Source of the DNA: Hemiscyllium ocellatum
Taxonomy: Eukaryota
Direction of reading: 5' to 3'
Assembly: GCF_020745735.1 (NCBI RefSeq)
Contig: NC_083409.1
Span: forward strand, 17,876,341-17,940,340
Length of the DNA stretch: 64,000 bases
The translations under genes were made by a program, and so were the position numbers. The number at the start of each line of letters is the position of its first letter. The stretch's first letter is position 1. Positions 1 to 13,087 of this stretch are shown here, one piece after another. Under the pieces are notes generated by a model. That model searched no databases and was not told where the DNA came from. It was given only the letters and a program-made list of their open reading frames with translations.

Positions 1-587
1 GGAAATGCGATAGGTGGAAGGAGGTCAAGGTGAGGGTGATAGGCCGGAGTGGGGGTGGGGGCGGAGAGGTCAGGAAGAAGATTGCAGGTTAGGAGGGCGG
101 TGCTGAGTTCGAGGGATTTAACGAAGACAAGTGGGGGGAGGGGAAATGAGGAAACTGGAGAAATCTAGATTCATCCCTTGTGGTTGGAGGGTTCCTAGGC
201 GGAAGATGAGGCGCTCTTCCTCCAGCCATCGTGTTGCTATGGTCTGGCGATGGAGGAGTCCAAGGACCTGCATGTCCTTGGCAGATTGGGAGGGGGAGTT
301 GAAGTGTCGAGCCACGGGGTGGTTGGGTTGGTTGGTCAACCACCCCGTGGCTCAACAGACCATAGCAACACGACGCCTCATCTTCCGCCTAGGAACCCTC
401 CAACCACAAGGGATGAACCTAGATTTATCCAGTTTCCTAATTTCCCCTCCCACCACCTTGTCTCAGTCAAATCCCTCAAACTCAGCACCGCCTTCCTAAT
501 CTGCAATCTTCTTCCTGACCTTTCCGTCCCCACCCCCACTCCGGCCTATCACCCTCACCATGACCTCCTTCCACCTATCGCATTTCC
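1..587. mobile_element. Penelope-like element 3' end arranged as a fold-back (inverted) pair
   Basis: The minus arm 1-335 and plus arm 336-587 both encode the GIY-YIG C-terminus (NHPVA...LIFRLGTLQPQGMNLD.SSF). Bases 531-587 are the reverse complement of 1-60. Confidence 0.85.
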
Positions 588-594
588 AACGCCA

Positions 595-765
595 ACAGTA
601 AACATGGACGTCAGTTCACGAGAGTGCTCCATGGAGAAACATGGGCCTCCTTCCCACTGAAGCTCCCAATAGAGACCAGTAAACATGGACATCATTCCTG
701 CTTGAGCCTCCAATAAAGTCCAGGAAATGTGGGCCTCCTATTCACTTGTCGTTCTAATAGACACA
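595..765. repeat. Degenerate 40-44 bp minisatellite (continues at 2008-2085)
   Basis: Recurrent CAGTAAACATGGAC / AAACATGGGCCTCC unit starts at about 597, 645, 677, 721, 2011 and 2047. Confidence 0.6.
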
Positions 766-769
766 AGTG

Positions 770-2007
770 GATAGTTGAGTTTTTGAAGAAATAGATAAAA
801 ATAGATCAGTACACATTGTCGACATGGACTTTAGCAAGGCCTTAGACAAGATTTCCTATGGTAAACTGCTTAGTAAGATTATATCACAGAGGATCTAGGG
901 AGAGCTAACCAATTGGATATAAAATGGGCCTGAAGGTAGGAGGCAGAGGTTGGTGAGAGAGGGTTGTTCTTCAGACTGGAGGCCACTGACCAGCCGTCTG
1001 CCACAAGAATCGATCCTGGATCCACTGTTGTTCATCATTTACATGAACAATTTGGATGAGAAAATAGCAGGAATGGTCAGTAAGTTTGTGGCTGACATTA
1101 AAATTGTTGGCATCGTGGACAGGGAAGAAGGTTATCTAAGAATGCAATGTCATCTTCATCAACTGGGCCAGTGGGTCAACAAATCCAGATGGAGTTTAAT
1201 TTCGATAAATGCAAGGAGTTGCATTTTGGTAAGACAAACCAGGGCAGGAATTACACAATTAATGGTAGAGCCATGGGGAGTGTTGTTGAACAGAGAGACT
1301 GAGGTGTACAGGTACATAGTTCCTTTAAAGTGGTGTCACAGGTAGACAGGATGGTGAAGAAGGTATTTGGCACGCTCACCTTCACTGGTCAAAGCAGGAA
1401 GTACAGGAGCTGGGACATCATGTTACAGCTGTACAAGGCATTGGGAAGGCCACATTTGGACACTGTGTACATTCCTATTTACCCTGCTATAGGAAGGAAG
1501 TTACTGCACTGGTTTGGATAAAAGAAAGATTAACAGGGATGTTACCAAGGTTGGTGAGTTTGAATTACAAGGCGAGGATGGATAAGCTGAGAGATTTTTC
1601 CAGTGAATGCAGGAGATTGAGGGGTGACCTTAGAGAGGTTTATAGAATCATTAGGGCCATAGATAAGGAGAATAGCCAAAGTTTTTTTTCCCCAGAGTAG
1701 GGGAGTCCAGTACGAGAAGGAATATGTTTAAGTTGAGAGGGGAAAGAATTAGAAGGGGCCTGAGAGGCAACCTTTTCACACAGAGGTTGGTGTGTATGTG
1801 TAATAAGCTGCCAGAGGAAGTGGTGGAGGGGAGTACAATTACTAGATTTCAAGGACATTTTTACAGGAACATGGATAGGAAGGATTTAGAGAGGATTGGG
1901 CCAAACGCATGCAGATGGGACTAGTTCAGTTTTGGAAACTTGGTCGGCATGGATGAGTTGAGCTGAAGGGCCTGATCCCACGCTGTAAACCTCTATGACT
2001 CTATGAT
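770..2007 (+). mobile_element. CR1 LINE, 5'-truncated RT/3' end
   Basis: Frameshifted RT motifs (DPLLFIIYMNNLD, SKFVADIKI, RGNLFTQR) and a (GACTCTAT)n-type tail. Confidence 0.9.
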
Positions 2008-2949
2008 GATGTAAACATGGGGCACCTTCCCATAGGACCAACAAACAGTAAACATGGGCCTCCTTCCTGAGCTGCAAACCCCACATCCTGTCCATCACAT
2101 AGGTCCCTTATTTCAATCTGCACAACATTGTTTGTCTCTGCACTACCTCAGCCTCTTGACCACAGAATCCCCAATTCCTACTCATCCCACCTCCTGACTC
2201 TATGATTTCAATGTCTTCTCCCAGCTTCCTGAAGCCACATTCCATCAACCCCAACTTGTCTGATATGGAGGGTCCCTTCCCTGTCTCACAACTACAGTTG
2301 TTCCAGAATCTGACCTCACTGCCAGCCAATTGCCTCCATGGCCTCCCTCCTCCCTCACTCTGTGTCCTGCTGTAGACTCACATTCCCTCCCTCCCCCTTC
2401 CATCTTCTGTCTCTGGTCTCCTGCCCATTGCTGCTTCCTCCATCCCATCATTGACGGCAGAGCCTTCAGACCCCGAGAGTATCCTCTCTGCCCTCTTCAT
2501 CCCTCCCTCTCTCGTTGTTTGTGCTATTGAATATACTGTTTAGTTCCATCACTTTTGGTTCGCTGTTCCCTTGCCATTGATTTGCTGATTTATTCTAGTA
2601 AATCTAGACTGGTGTGTTCTCTGAGTTGGTTCAAGAGTGTTTTGCTTGAGAAAACACTTCTGTGAACTGGTTTGTCTGTTTCTCCCAGTCTTTGTGTAAA
2701 GGTGAGACTAAGTGTGTAAATGCTGTCATTTCATGGAGCAATCCAGTCAGTCCCACCCCCTCCCCTACTCGACCCCCAGAGCCTTGCAGGTTTATTTTCA
2801 TCAAGAGCCCATCCAATCTGCCATTGCAATCACTGAGTGTCTTCACCTGCCTCACCTGAATGGGCACTAATTTCCAAGTCATTACCAATTGCTGCTAAAA
2901 AACATTCTTCCTGAGATTCCGTATCTCTTGCCCAACAAAATGTAAGGTA

Positions 2950-3460
2950 ATCTCAATGTGAAGATGGGATTTTGTCTCCACACGGACTGTGCGATGGTCA
3001 CCCTTACTGATACTGTCATGGACAGATACACCAGCAGCAGGCAGGTTGGTGAGGGTGATAGTGAGTATGTTGTTCCCTCTTGTTGGTTCCCTCACCACCT
3101 GCCCCAGGTCCAGTCTAGCAGCTGAATCAGGTGGAACCTGACCAGCTTGCTCAGTAGTGATGATTCTGAGCAGCTCTTGATGGTGGACTTTGAAGTCCCT
3201 TCCTCAGGGTATATCCTGCATCATTCCCTCCTTCAGTGCTCCCTCCAAGTGTTGTGCAACATGGAGGAGGACTGACTGCTCAGTTGAGGTTGGAGCGGAG
3301 GGCGGTGCTATGTGGTAATCAGCAGGAGGTTTCCTTCCCCATGTTTGACCTGCTGTCATGAGGCTTCATGGGTTCCATAGTTAATGGTGAGGACTCCCAG
3401 GGTAACTCCCTTCTGACTGTACACACCACTGTGTTGCTTCCCCTGCTTGGTCTATCCTGC
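2950..3460 (-). mobile_element. LINE APE-endonuclease fragment, second LINE family
   Basis: EPTRGNNILTITLTNLP...GDHRTV APE C-terminal motif. Co-linear with 29750-30240. Confidence 0.7.
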
Positions 3461-3629
3461 CAATTAAAAACTGAATGAGGGATCAATTCCGTTCAGGTTT
3501 TACAGCTTGGAGACAGAGCTGCTGCTGGGTTCTGTTTCTGATCTCCGAGTGCAGGTGTATGTGTTTGTGAGAGAGTGACTGTCCTTTTTCCCATCACTGT
3601 GCTGTTTCTGAAAAGAAAAATCCCAGAAC

Positions 3630-4540
3630 CAGCCTCCTGTGCTGTCAGGTTCTTGGGGGTGCAGACAGTTCACAGTTTTCTCCCATCTCAGTAACAAACG
3701 TCCAGCTGCTCCGAGCTCTTTATTTCACTTCCTCTTTTGGTGAAGTTTCAACCTTGTGCTCTGACAGTCTTTGCAGTTATTTTTTACACTGGGGCTTTCT
3801 GCTGTGGTCAGAATCTCTAATAATAAGTGTCTGATCAGTGACAATCACAGCAACTAAGAGCAGTCAGGACTGAGGAGCCAGGCTCACTGGGAAACACATT
3901 GGGAAGATCAAAGCCATTCCTCTTCAGCTCCCGGTACAAACTCCATCCCTCTCCCTGAGCACTATCTGCTGCTCAACCAGACTCTTTACAAACTTGGCCT
4001 CATCTTTGGGGCTGATCTGAGCCCCATATCCTCCATCTCACAAAGATCAGCCACTGAAAATCTCTGTCATGTGCATGGGACTCCAAACATGACCATACCA
4101 ATGTTGTGCTTGCACACATCACAGCCACTGCCCTCCGTAACCTTCAGCTCATCCCAAATTCTGCTGCCCCATATCTAAACTCGCATCAAATCCCATTCCT
4201 CCAACCCCCTGCGCCCTGTGCCTACATTGGCTCCTGGTCCAGCAACACCTTGATTTTCAAATTCTCATCCTTGTTCTCAAGTCCCTCCCTGTCCTCCACT
4301 CTCCCTATCTCTGTAACTTCCTCCAAACTGCCTCACTCAGTGTGATCAACAAAATTGGATATATGGCTGTCTATTCCTTCATCCAAGTAATTTAGAAATA
4401 TCGTGAAATGCTGAGGTTCTAGCCCAATTCCCTGGGGACACCACTATCCAGATTTTGCTCATTGGAGAGCACACACATTATCCCTCCTCTCTGTCTCCTA
4501 CCTCCAAACTAATTCCTGACCAAAGATAAATACTTTTCTC
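3630..4540 (+). repeat. Copy 1 of an inverted duplicated block of about 0.9 kb (unique part + L2 + CR1 remnants)
   Basis: Aligns by eye to the reverse complement of 27230-28155, including the same L2/CR1 junction (TCACACTGAGTGAGGCAG). Confidence 0.85.
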
Positions 4541-4544
4541 TAAC

Positions 4545-5575
4545 TGGCGAGAATGGGAGAAAGCAGAGGGACACAGTGGAAGGATACTTGTCAGACTGGA
4601 GGCCTGAGTCTAGTGGAGTGCCTCAGGATTGATGCTGGGTCCATTACTGTTTGTTATCAATATCAATGATTTAGAAGACATTACAATAGCCGGTATTGTG
4701 GACAATGAGGAAGGTTATCAGATATTGTAACAGGACCTTGATCAGCTGTGGAAGTGGGAAAAGAAATGATAAATTGAGTTTAAGTATGAGGTCTTGCATT
4801 TTGGAAAGTTAAATCAAGGTAGGAGTTTCATGGTGAATGGTAAGGCCTTCAGGACTGTAGTGGAACAGTGGGATCTCGGAGTTCAGGTGCACAGTTCTCT
4901 GAAAGTTGAGTCACAGTTAGACAGGGCAGTGAAGAAGGCTTTTGGCACACTGGCCGTCATCAGTCAGGGCACTGGGTGTAGAAGTTGGGAAGTTATGTTT
5001 CAATTGTACATGACATTGGTGAGGCTGCACTTGGAGTATTGTGCTCAGTTTTGGTCACCTTGTTATATGAAGGATATTATTAAACTGGAAAGAGTGCAGA
5101 ATAAATTTACAAGGATGTTGCCAGGTTTCAACATCTATGTTTTTGGGAAAGGTTGGACAAGCTAGGACATTTTTCTGAAGAGTGTCGGAGACTAAAGGGG
5201 AATCTTTTAGAAGTGTATAAGATCTTGAGAGACATGGATAGGGTGACTGCACTCAGTCTTTGTCCCAGAGTTGGGGAATCAAGGACTAGAGGGCATCAGT
5301 TGAAGGTTAGAATAAACGGGAACCTGAGGGGCAACATTTTTACACAGAGGGTGGTACTCGTATGGAATGAGCTGCCAGCTGAAGTGATTGAGGCGGGTAC
5401 ATTAACAACATTTAAAAGGCATTTGGACAAATACATAGATAGTATGTAATTTGAAGGATATGGGCCAAATGGAGGGAAATGGGGTTAGTGTGGATGGATA
5501 TTTTGGTCAGCACGGTCCAGTTTGGGCCAAAGGGCCTGTCCCTGTGCTGTAGGACTCGATGACTCTGTGACTCTA
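4545..5575 (+). mobile_element. CR1 LINE 3' portion
   Basis: RT C-terminal motifs (HLEYCAQFWSP, RGNIFTQRVV) and a GACTCTGTGACTCTAT tail. Confidence 0.9.
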
Positions 5576-5614
5576 TAATTCCATATGTTTCCATGTTTAT
5601 GAACAGTCTCTCAA

Positions 5615-6870
5615 ACATAGAAACAGAGGAACTAGGAGCAGGAGGAGGCCATTCAGCCCTTCGAGTCAGCTCTGCCAGTCAATATGACCATGGCTGATCA
5701 TCCAACTTAGTCCCCTGTTCCCACTTTTTCTCCATAACCTTTAATCCCTTTCGCCTTCTTGTAAACATTTAATATTTGGGCTCAACTGCTTTCTGTGACA
5801 AAATATTCCACGAGCTTCCCACTCTCTGGCTAAAGAAATGTCTCCTCATCTCAGTCCGAAATGGCCTTTCCCTTTTCTTTAAACTGTAATTCCCGGTTCT
5901 GGACTCTCCAGTCATCAGGAACACAATTCCCGTGTTTACCGGTCTTATCCTGTTAGGATTTTACAGGTTTCAATGTGATTCCTCTCAAATTTCTAAACCC
6001 CAGTGAATATAATCCTAACTGATCCAGTTTCTCATCAGATCTAAGTGCTGTCCTCCCAGGAATCAGTCTGGTAAACCTTCGCTGCCCTCCTTCCACAGCC
6101 AGAACATTCTTCCTCAGATAAGGAGCCCGAAACTACCCACGACAGAATCATAAAATCACACAGTATAGAAGAGGCCCTTCAGCCCATTAACTGTGTACCA
6201 GCCAAACTACACTAAACCTATACCAGTCCCACTTTCCAACATGAAGCCCATAGCTTGAATGTTATGATATTTCAACTGCTCATCCAAGTACTTTTTAAAG
6301 TTTGTGAGGTTTCCCACCTCAACTACTTTCCCAGATTGTGTATTCCAGACCCCCACCATCCTCTGGGTCAAAAACACTTTCCTCAAAACATCTTGAAACC
6401 TCCTATCTTTGACATTGAATGTGAACCAACTTGTTATTGACCCTCCCAAGAAGGAGAACAGCTGCTTTCTCTCCTCCCTGTCCATTCCCCTCATCACCTT
6501 ATACACTTCGATCAGGTGCCCCTCCACCTTCTCTGCTCTGAAGAAAACAACCCGAGATGATCCAATTTCTCTTCATCACTGAGAGGTTCCATCCCACACA
6601 ACATCCTGGTGATTCCCCTCTGCACCCCATCCAGTGCAATCACCTCCTTCCTACAATGTGGTGACCTGAACTGCACACAGTACTCCAGCTGTGGCCTCAC
6701 CAATGTTCTGCTTAACTGCAGCATATCCACCTGCTTTTATAGCCAACACCTGACATGACAAAGGCAAGTGTCCCCTGTGCCTTCTTAACTGCTCTATTAA
6801 CCTGTCTTGCCACATTCAGTGATCAGTGGAGAAGCACCCACGATCACTCTGTTCCTTTGAGCTTCCTCAG
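5615..6870 (-). mobile_element. Two adjacent CR1 3' fragments
   Basis: QLEYCVQFRSP and FLTQRMVGVWN motifs on the minus strand, with two CR1-type tails. Confidence 0.8.
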
Positions 6871-8924
6871 TTCAAAGAACAAAGAGCAATGAAAATTATA
6901 GCACAAGAACTGGCCCTATGGCCCTACTAGCCTGCACTGGTCCATATCATCCACTGAAACCTATCATCAATTTTCCAATGGTCTGTCTCCCTTTGCTCTG
7001 TGCCCATCCATGTTTGTATCTAGATATATCTTAAATGATGTTATTGTGCCTGCCTCTGGCAACATGCTCCAGGATCAATCACCCTCTGTGTGACGAACTT
7101 TCCATACATATCTCCTTTAAATGTTTCCACTCTCACTTTGAACTCATGACCCAGAGTAATTGAGTCCCCCACTCTGGGAAAAAGCTTCTTGCTATCCACC
7201 CTGTCTATATCTCTCATGATTTTGTAGACCCCAATCAGGTCCCCCCTCAACGTTCGACTTTGTAATGAGAATAATCCTAATCTACTAAGCATCTCTCCAT
7301 AGCTAGCAACCTCCATCCCAGGCAATCCTGGTGAACCTCCTCTACACCCTCTCCAAAGCATCCGCATCTTTCTGGTAATGTGGCAAACAGAACTGTACAC
7401 AGTATTCCAAATGTGGCCAAGCCAAAGTCTGATATAATGCTAATATGACCTTCCAACTCTTGTACTGAATACCACGTCTGGTGAAGGAAGGTATGCCATA
7501 TGCCTTCTTGAACACTCTGTCGACCTGTGTTGCCACCTCCAGGGTACAATGGACCTGAACACCCAGGTCTCTCTGGGCATCAATTTTCCCAGGGTGTTCC
7601 ATTCACCGTACAGTTTACTCCAGATTTGGATCTTCCAAAATTCATCAGATCGCATTTGCCTGGTTTGAACTCCATCCATCCGTTTCTCTGCCCAACTCTC
7701 CAATCTGTCTATATTCTGCTACATTCTCTGACAGTCCACTTCACTATCTGCTACTCCACCAATATTAGTGTCATCTGCAAACTTGTTAATCAGACCACCT
7801 ATACCTTCCTCCAGATCATTTATGTATATCAAAAACAAGAGCGGTACCAGCACGGATTCCTGTTCTCCATTCTGAGAAACACCTTCCATTACTACTGTCT
7901 GTCTCCTGTTGCCCAGCCTGTTCTCTATCCAGCTAGTGACTACACTCTGGACCCCATGCGACTTTAATTTCTTTATGAGGCTGCCATGGGGAACTTTATC
8001 AAACGCATTCCTGAAATCCATGTGTATGACATCCACAGCCCTTCCCTCATCAATCAACTTCATCACTTTTTCAAAAGATTCTATAAAGTTGGTAAGACAT
8101 GACATTCCCTGCACAACTTCATGCACCCTATAACTGATAAATCAATTTTCGTCCAAATGTAAATAGATCTTATCCCTCAGTATCTTCTCCAGCAACTTCC
8201 CTACCACTACATCAGGCTCACTGGTTCATACCTGGATTATCCTGGCTACCCTTCTTAAACATCAGTAATTCTCCAGTCCTCTGGGACCTCATCCATGTTC
8301 AAGGTTGCTACAAAGATATCGATTAAGGCCCCAGTTATTTCCTCTCTTGCTTCCCTCAGTAAGCTGGGATCGATCCCATCCTGACCTGGGGACTTGTGCA
8401 CCTTGATGCCTTTTAAAATACCCAACATTCCCTCCTTCCTTAAACCGACTTGAACCTGAGTAATCAAACATCTATCCCCAATTTCAACATCTGTCATTTC
8501 CCTCTCCTTGGTGAATACCGACGTAAATCACTCATTAAGAATTTCATCCATTTTCTCTGACTCCACACATAACTTTCCTCCTTTGTCCTTGAGTGGGCCA
8601 ACTCTTTCTTTAGTCACTCTCTTGCTCCTTATATATGAATAAAAGGATTTGGGATTTTCCTTAATCCTGTTTGTGAATGATATTTTGTGACCCCTTTTAG
8701 CCCTTTTAATTCCTCACTTCAGATTGGTCCTACTTTCACGATATTCTTCCAAAGCTTTGTCTGTTTTCAGCTACCTAGACCTTATGTATGCATCCCTTCT
8801 CCTCTTAGCTAGTCTCACAATTTCATCTGTCATCCAGCGTTTCCTAATCCTGCCATTTCAATCCCTTATTGACATGTCTGTCCTGACTCTAGTCAACCTC
8901 TCTTTAAAAGCCTCCCACATATCA

Positions 8925-9195
8925 AATTTCAGAACAGAAATGCAGAGACTTTTCTTCAGCCAGAGAGTGGTGGGCCTGTGAAATTCATTGCCGCAGAGTG
9001 CAGTGGAGGCCAGGACACTAAATGTCTTCAAGGCAGATATTGATAAATTCTTGATGTCACAAGGAATTAAGGGCTATGGGAAGAATGTGGGTCAGTGGAG
9101 TTGAAATGCCCATCAGCCACGATTGAATGGCGGAATGGACTCAATGGGCTGAATGGCCTTACTTCCACTCCTATGTCTTATGGTTTATGGTCTAA
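8925..9195 (+). mobile_element. Young CR1 3' fragment nested in older CR1
   Basis: FFSQRVVGLWNSLPQ and a CTATGTCTTATGG tail. Same subfamily as 10378-10660 (minus) and 18850-19110. Confidence 0.85.
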
Positions 9196-10377
9196 ATGTG
9201 GATTTCCCTTTAACAGCTGCTCCCAATCCACATTCCCCAGCTCCTGCCAAATTTTTCTATAGTTGGCCTTCCCCCAGTTTATCCGCCTTCCTTTCAGATC
9301 ACTCTCGTCTTTGTCCATGAGCATTCTAAAACTTATGGAACTGTGGTCACTGTTACCAAAATAATCCCCTACTGAAATTTCAACCACCTGGCCGGGCTCA
9401 TTCCCCAATACCAGGTCCGGTATGGCCCCTTCCTGAGTTAGATTATTTCCACATTACTCTGTAAAATCCTCCTGGATGCTCCTTACAAATTCTGCTCCAT
9501 CTTAACTTCTAACATTAAGTGAATCCCAGTCAATGTTGGGAAAATTAAAATCTTCCATCACCACCACCTTGTTACTCCTACATCTTTCCATAAGCTGTTT
9601 ACATATTTGTACCTCTATCTCACGTTCACTGTTAGGAGGCTTGTAGGATAGCACCAACATTGTTATTGCACCCTTCCTGTTTCTGAGCTCTGCCCATATT
9701 GCCCCACTGCTCGAGTCCTCCATAGTGCCCTCCTTCACCACACCTGTGATATCCTCTCTGACCTCTAATGCAACTCCTCCATCCCTTTTACCTCCCTCTC
9801 GAACCCATCTGATACATCTGTATCCTGGGATATTTAGTTGCCAATCTTGCCATTCCCTCAACCACGTCTCAGTAATAGCAATAACATCATACTCCCAGAT
9901 ACTAATCCAAGCCCTAAATTCCTCTGCCTTACCTACTACGCTTCTCACATTAAAACAGATGTGCCTAAGACCATTTGTTCCTTTGCGTTCATCATCTGCT
10001 CCCTACCTACTCTTAACCTTAGTAACGCTGACTTCAATATCTAGTTTCTGACGGGCTTTAGTTACTCCCTCATTATTGCCCACTAACCTCCTCATTTGGT
10101 TCCCATCCCTCTGCTACACTATTTTGAACCCTCCCCAAGAGCGTGATCAAACACATCCCTCAGGACACTGGTTCCAGTCCTGCCCAGGTGTAGACCGCTC
10201 GATTTGTAATTGTCCCACCTCCCCAGGAACCAGTCCCAATGTCCCAAAAATCTGAACCCCTCCCTCCTGCACCATCTCTCAAGCCACACATTCATCCTGC
10301 CTATATTTTCATTTCGACTCTGACTAGCACATGGCACTGGGAGCAATCCTGAGATTACTACCTCTGAGATCCTACCA

Positions 10378-12010
10378 TAAGACCAAAAGACCATAAGACA
10401 TAGGAGTGGAAGTAAGGCCATTCAGCCCATCGAGTCCACTCCGCCATTCAATCATGGCTGATGGGCATTTCAACTCCACTTACCCACATTCTCCCCGTAG
10501 CCCTTAATTCCTTGAGACAACAAGAATTGATTGATCTCTGCCTTGAAGACATTTAGTGTCCCGGCCTCCACCGCACTCTGCGGCAATGAATTCCACAGGC
10601 CCACCACTCTCTGGCTGAAGAAATGTCTCCGCATTTCTGTTCTGAATTTACCCCCTCTAATTTTAAGGCTGTGTCCACGGGTCCTAATCTCCTCTCCTAA
10701 CAGAAACAATTTCCTTGCCTCCACCCTTTCCAAGCCATGTATTATCTTGTATGTCTCTATTAAATCTCCCCTGAATACAATCCCAGGATCCTCAGCCGTT
10801 CCTCATATGTTAGATCTACCATTCAAGGGATCATCCGTGTGAATCTCCGCTGGACACGTTCCAGTGCCAGTATGTTCTTCCTGAAGTGTGGGGACCAAAA
10901 CTGGACACAGTCCTCCAAATGGGGCTAACCAGAGCTTTATAAAGTCTCAGTAGCACAATGGTGTTTTTATATTCCAACCCTCTTGAGGTAAGTGACAACA
11001 TTGCATTCACTTTCTTAATCACGGACTCAACCTGCATATTTACCTTTAGAGAATCCTCGACTAGCAATCCCAGAACCCTTTGTACTTTGGCTTTACGAAT
11101 TTTCTCACCGTTTAGAAAGTAGTCTATGCTTTTTTTTGCCAACCTGCAAGACCTCGCATTTGCTCATGTTGAATTCCATCAGCCATTTCCTGGACCACTC
11201 TCCCAAACTGTCTAGATCCTTCTGTAGCCTCCCCACTTCCTCAGTACTACCTGCCTCTTACCTAACTTCGTATCATCTGCAAACTTCGTTATAATGCCCC
11301 CAGTCCCTTCATCCAGATCATTAATATATATAATGCGAACAGCTGTGGCCCCAACACCGAACCCTATGGGACACCGCTCGTCCATTCCGAAAAAGAACCT
11401 TTCATTCCAACTTTCTGCCTTCTGTCAGACAGACAATCCTCAATCCATCCCAGTAGCTCACCTCGAACACAATGGGCCCTCACCTTGCTCAGCAGCCTCT
11501 CGTGTGGCACCTTATCAAAGGCCTTTTGGAAGTCTAGATAGACCACATCCACTGGGTTTCCCTGGTCTAACCTACTTGTCTCCTCTTCAAAGAATTCCAA
11601 CAGGTTTGTCAGGCATGACCTCCGCTTACTGAATCCTCGTTGACTTGTTCTAATCAGACTCTGCTCTTCTAAGAATTTATAAACCTCATCCTTAATGATG
11701 GATTCTAGAATTTTACCAACCACCGAGGTTAGGCTAATTGGCCTATAATTTTCCATCTTTTGTCTTGATCCTTTCTTGAACAAGTGGGTTACTACAGCAA
11801 TCTTCCAATCATCCGGGACTTTCCCTGACTCCAGTGACTCTTAAAAGATCTCAACCAATGCCTCTGCTATTTCCTCAGCCACCTCTCTCAGAGCTCTAGG
11901 ATGTATCCCATCGGGGGCAGGAGATTTATCAATTTTAAGACTTTTTAGCTTTTCTAGCACTATCGCTTTTGTAATGGCAACCATACTCAACTCAGACCCC
12001 TGACTTCCTT
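10378..12010 (-). mobile_element. Young CR1 (RT to 3' tail) nested in the ORF1 of older CR1
   Basis: NYRPISLTSVVGK, YLDFQKAFDKVPH, FFSQRVVGLWN; tail at 10378-10400. Confidence 0.9.
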
Positions 12011-13087
12011 TATTCAGGAATTTTAATATGGTTCCTAACTCCCTAAATTCTGCTTGTAGGACCTCATTCCATTTATTACCAATATCATTCCTACATGAAC
12101 CATCACAGCTAGCTGTTCACCTCTGCCTTCAGAATATCCTGCAGCCGATCTGAGACATCCCTGAGCCGTATAACTGGGAGGCAACATGCTATTCGTGAGT
12201 CTCGTTTTTGACCACAGAACCGCCGACCTACTCCCCTTACAAAGTCCAAACAAACCATATCCATGGGCCCCCCTTATCAAATCCACTTGCTACATCCTCA
12301 CACAATTCCAGTCGATTTCCCTTTCGACAATCCATGCTGACTCTGTCCAGTTCTGTCACTGTTTTCAAAGTGCTAAGCTATAAAATATTTTATAATGAAC
12401 TTGGGCATTTTCTCCACTGCTGATTTCTGGCTAATTGGTCTAAAATTTCTTATTTTCCCTCTCTCTCTCTCTCTCTCTTTCAATAATTTTGTTAAATTAA
12501 CTCCCTCCACTCTGTAGGATCTATTTCACAGTTGCCAAACAGATAACCATCAATGTTTCTAATATTTTACAACCACTTCCTGAAGCACTCCTGAAAATAG
12601 ATTATTTGGCCCTGCTGATTTAACATACTTTAGTTTTCCCAGAACCATTTTACTCCAACAACTGACTTCCTTCAGCTCCTTCCTCTGATAAAACTCCAAG
12701 TTCACCAAAATGTCTGAGATTTATTTGAGAATTCATTTGAGCAGAAAGATCCAGAATATGTTTATCTGTCATCTCTTTGTTCCAACTATAACATTATAAC
12801 ACTTGTGTGGAACTTCCTTGAATGTCATCTGGACGTCCATATAAACAACACATTCCCTTATGTCACACATTAGTGACCTCGTTAAAACATGTAACCAGGT
12901 TAATTAAAGATATCTGACCCTTTTTAAATCCATGCTGACTTACTCTGATCTGCTCATATTTGTCAGACATTCTGTCTCTAAAACCAGATTCAACTACTTC
13001 CCAACAATAGACATTCAATAGAGATGTTCATTGTGAGTGAGGTGAGTAAACAGTGAGCACTGACATGATGGGCTGAACAGCCTCCTC

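Larger units (their letters stand above)
6875..12370 (-). mobile_element. Long degenerate CR1 (ORF1 SGNH esterase + ORF2 APE/RT) interrupted by younger CR1s
   Basis: RT (DFRNAFDKVPH, FLIYINDL, KFADDT) 7040-8500; APE (YDVIAITETWL, DFNFPNIDW) 9502-9948; ORF1 esterase (VVISGLLPVP...WLERWCRREGFRFLGHW...GLHL) 10119-10375, resuming about 12030-12370. Confidence 0.88.

Noticed and set aside
595-765. CRISPR-like repeat-spacer appearance
   Set aside because: The units are degenerate along their whole length, with no constant repeat and unique spacer. The context is eukaryotic and no cas genes are present.
2950-3460. Extension of the inverted duplication into the flanking LINE (versus 29750-30240)
   Set aside because: The two LINE pieces are in the same orientation, whereas the duplicated block is inverted. 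They are independent insertions.
11815-11824. Perfect kB site GGGACTTTCC
   Set aside because: It falls within CR1 ORF2 coding sequence, 21 kb from V, and is most simply explained as element sequence.
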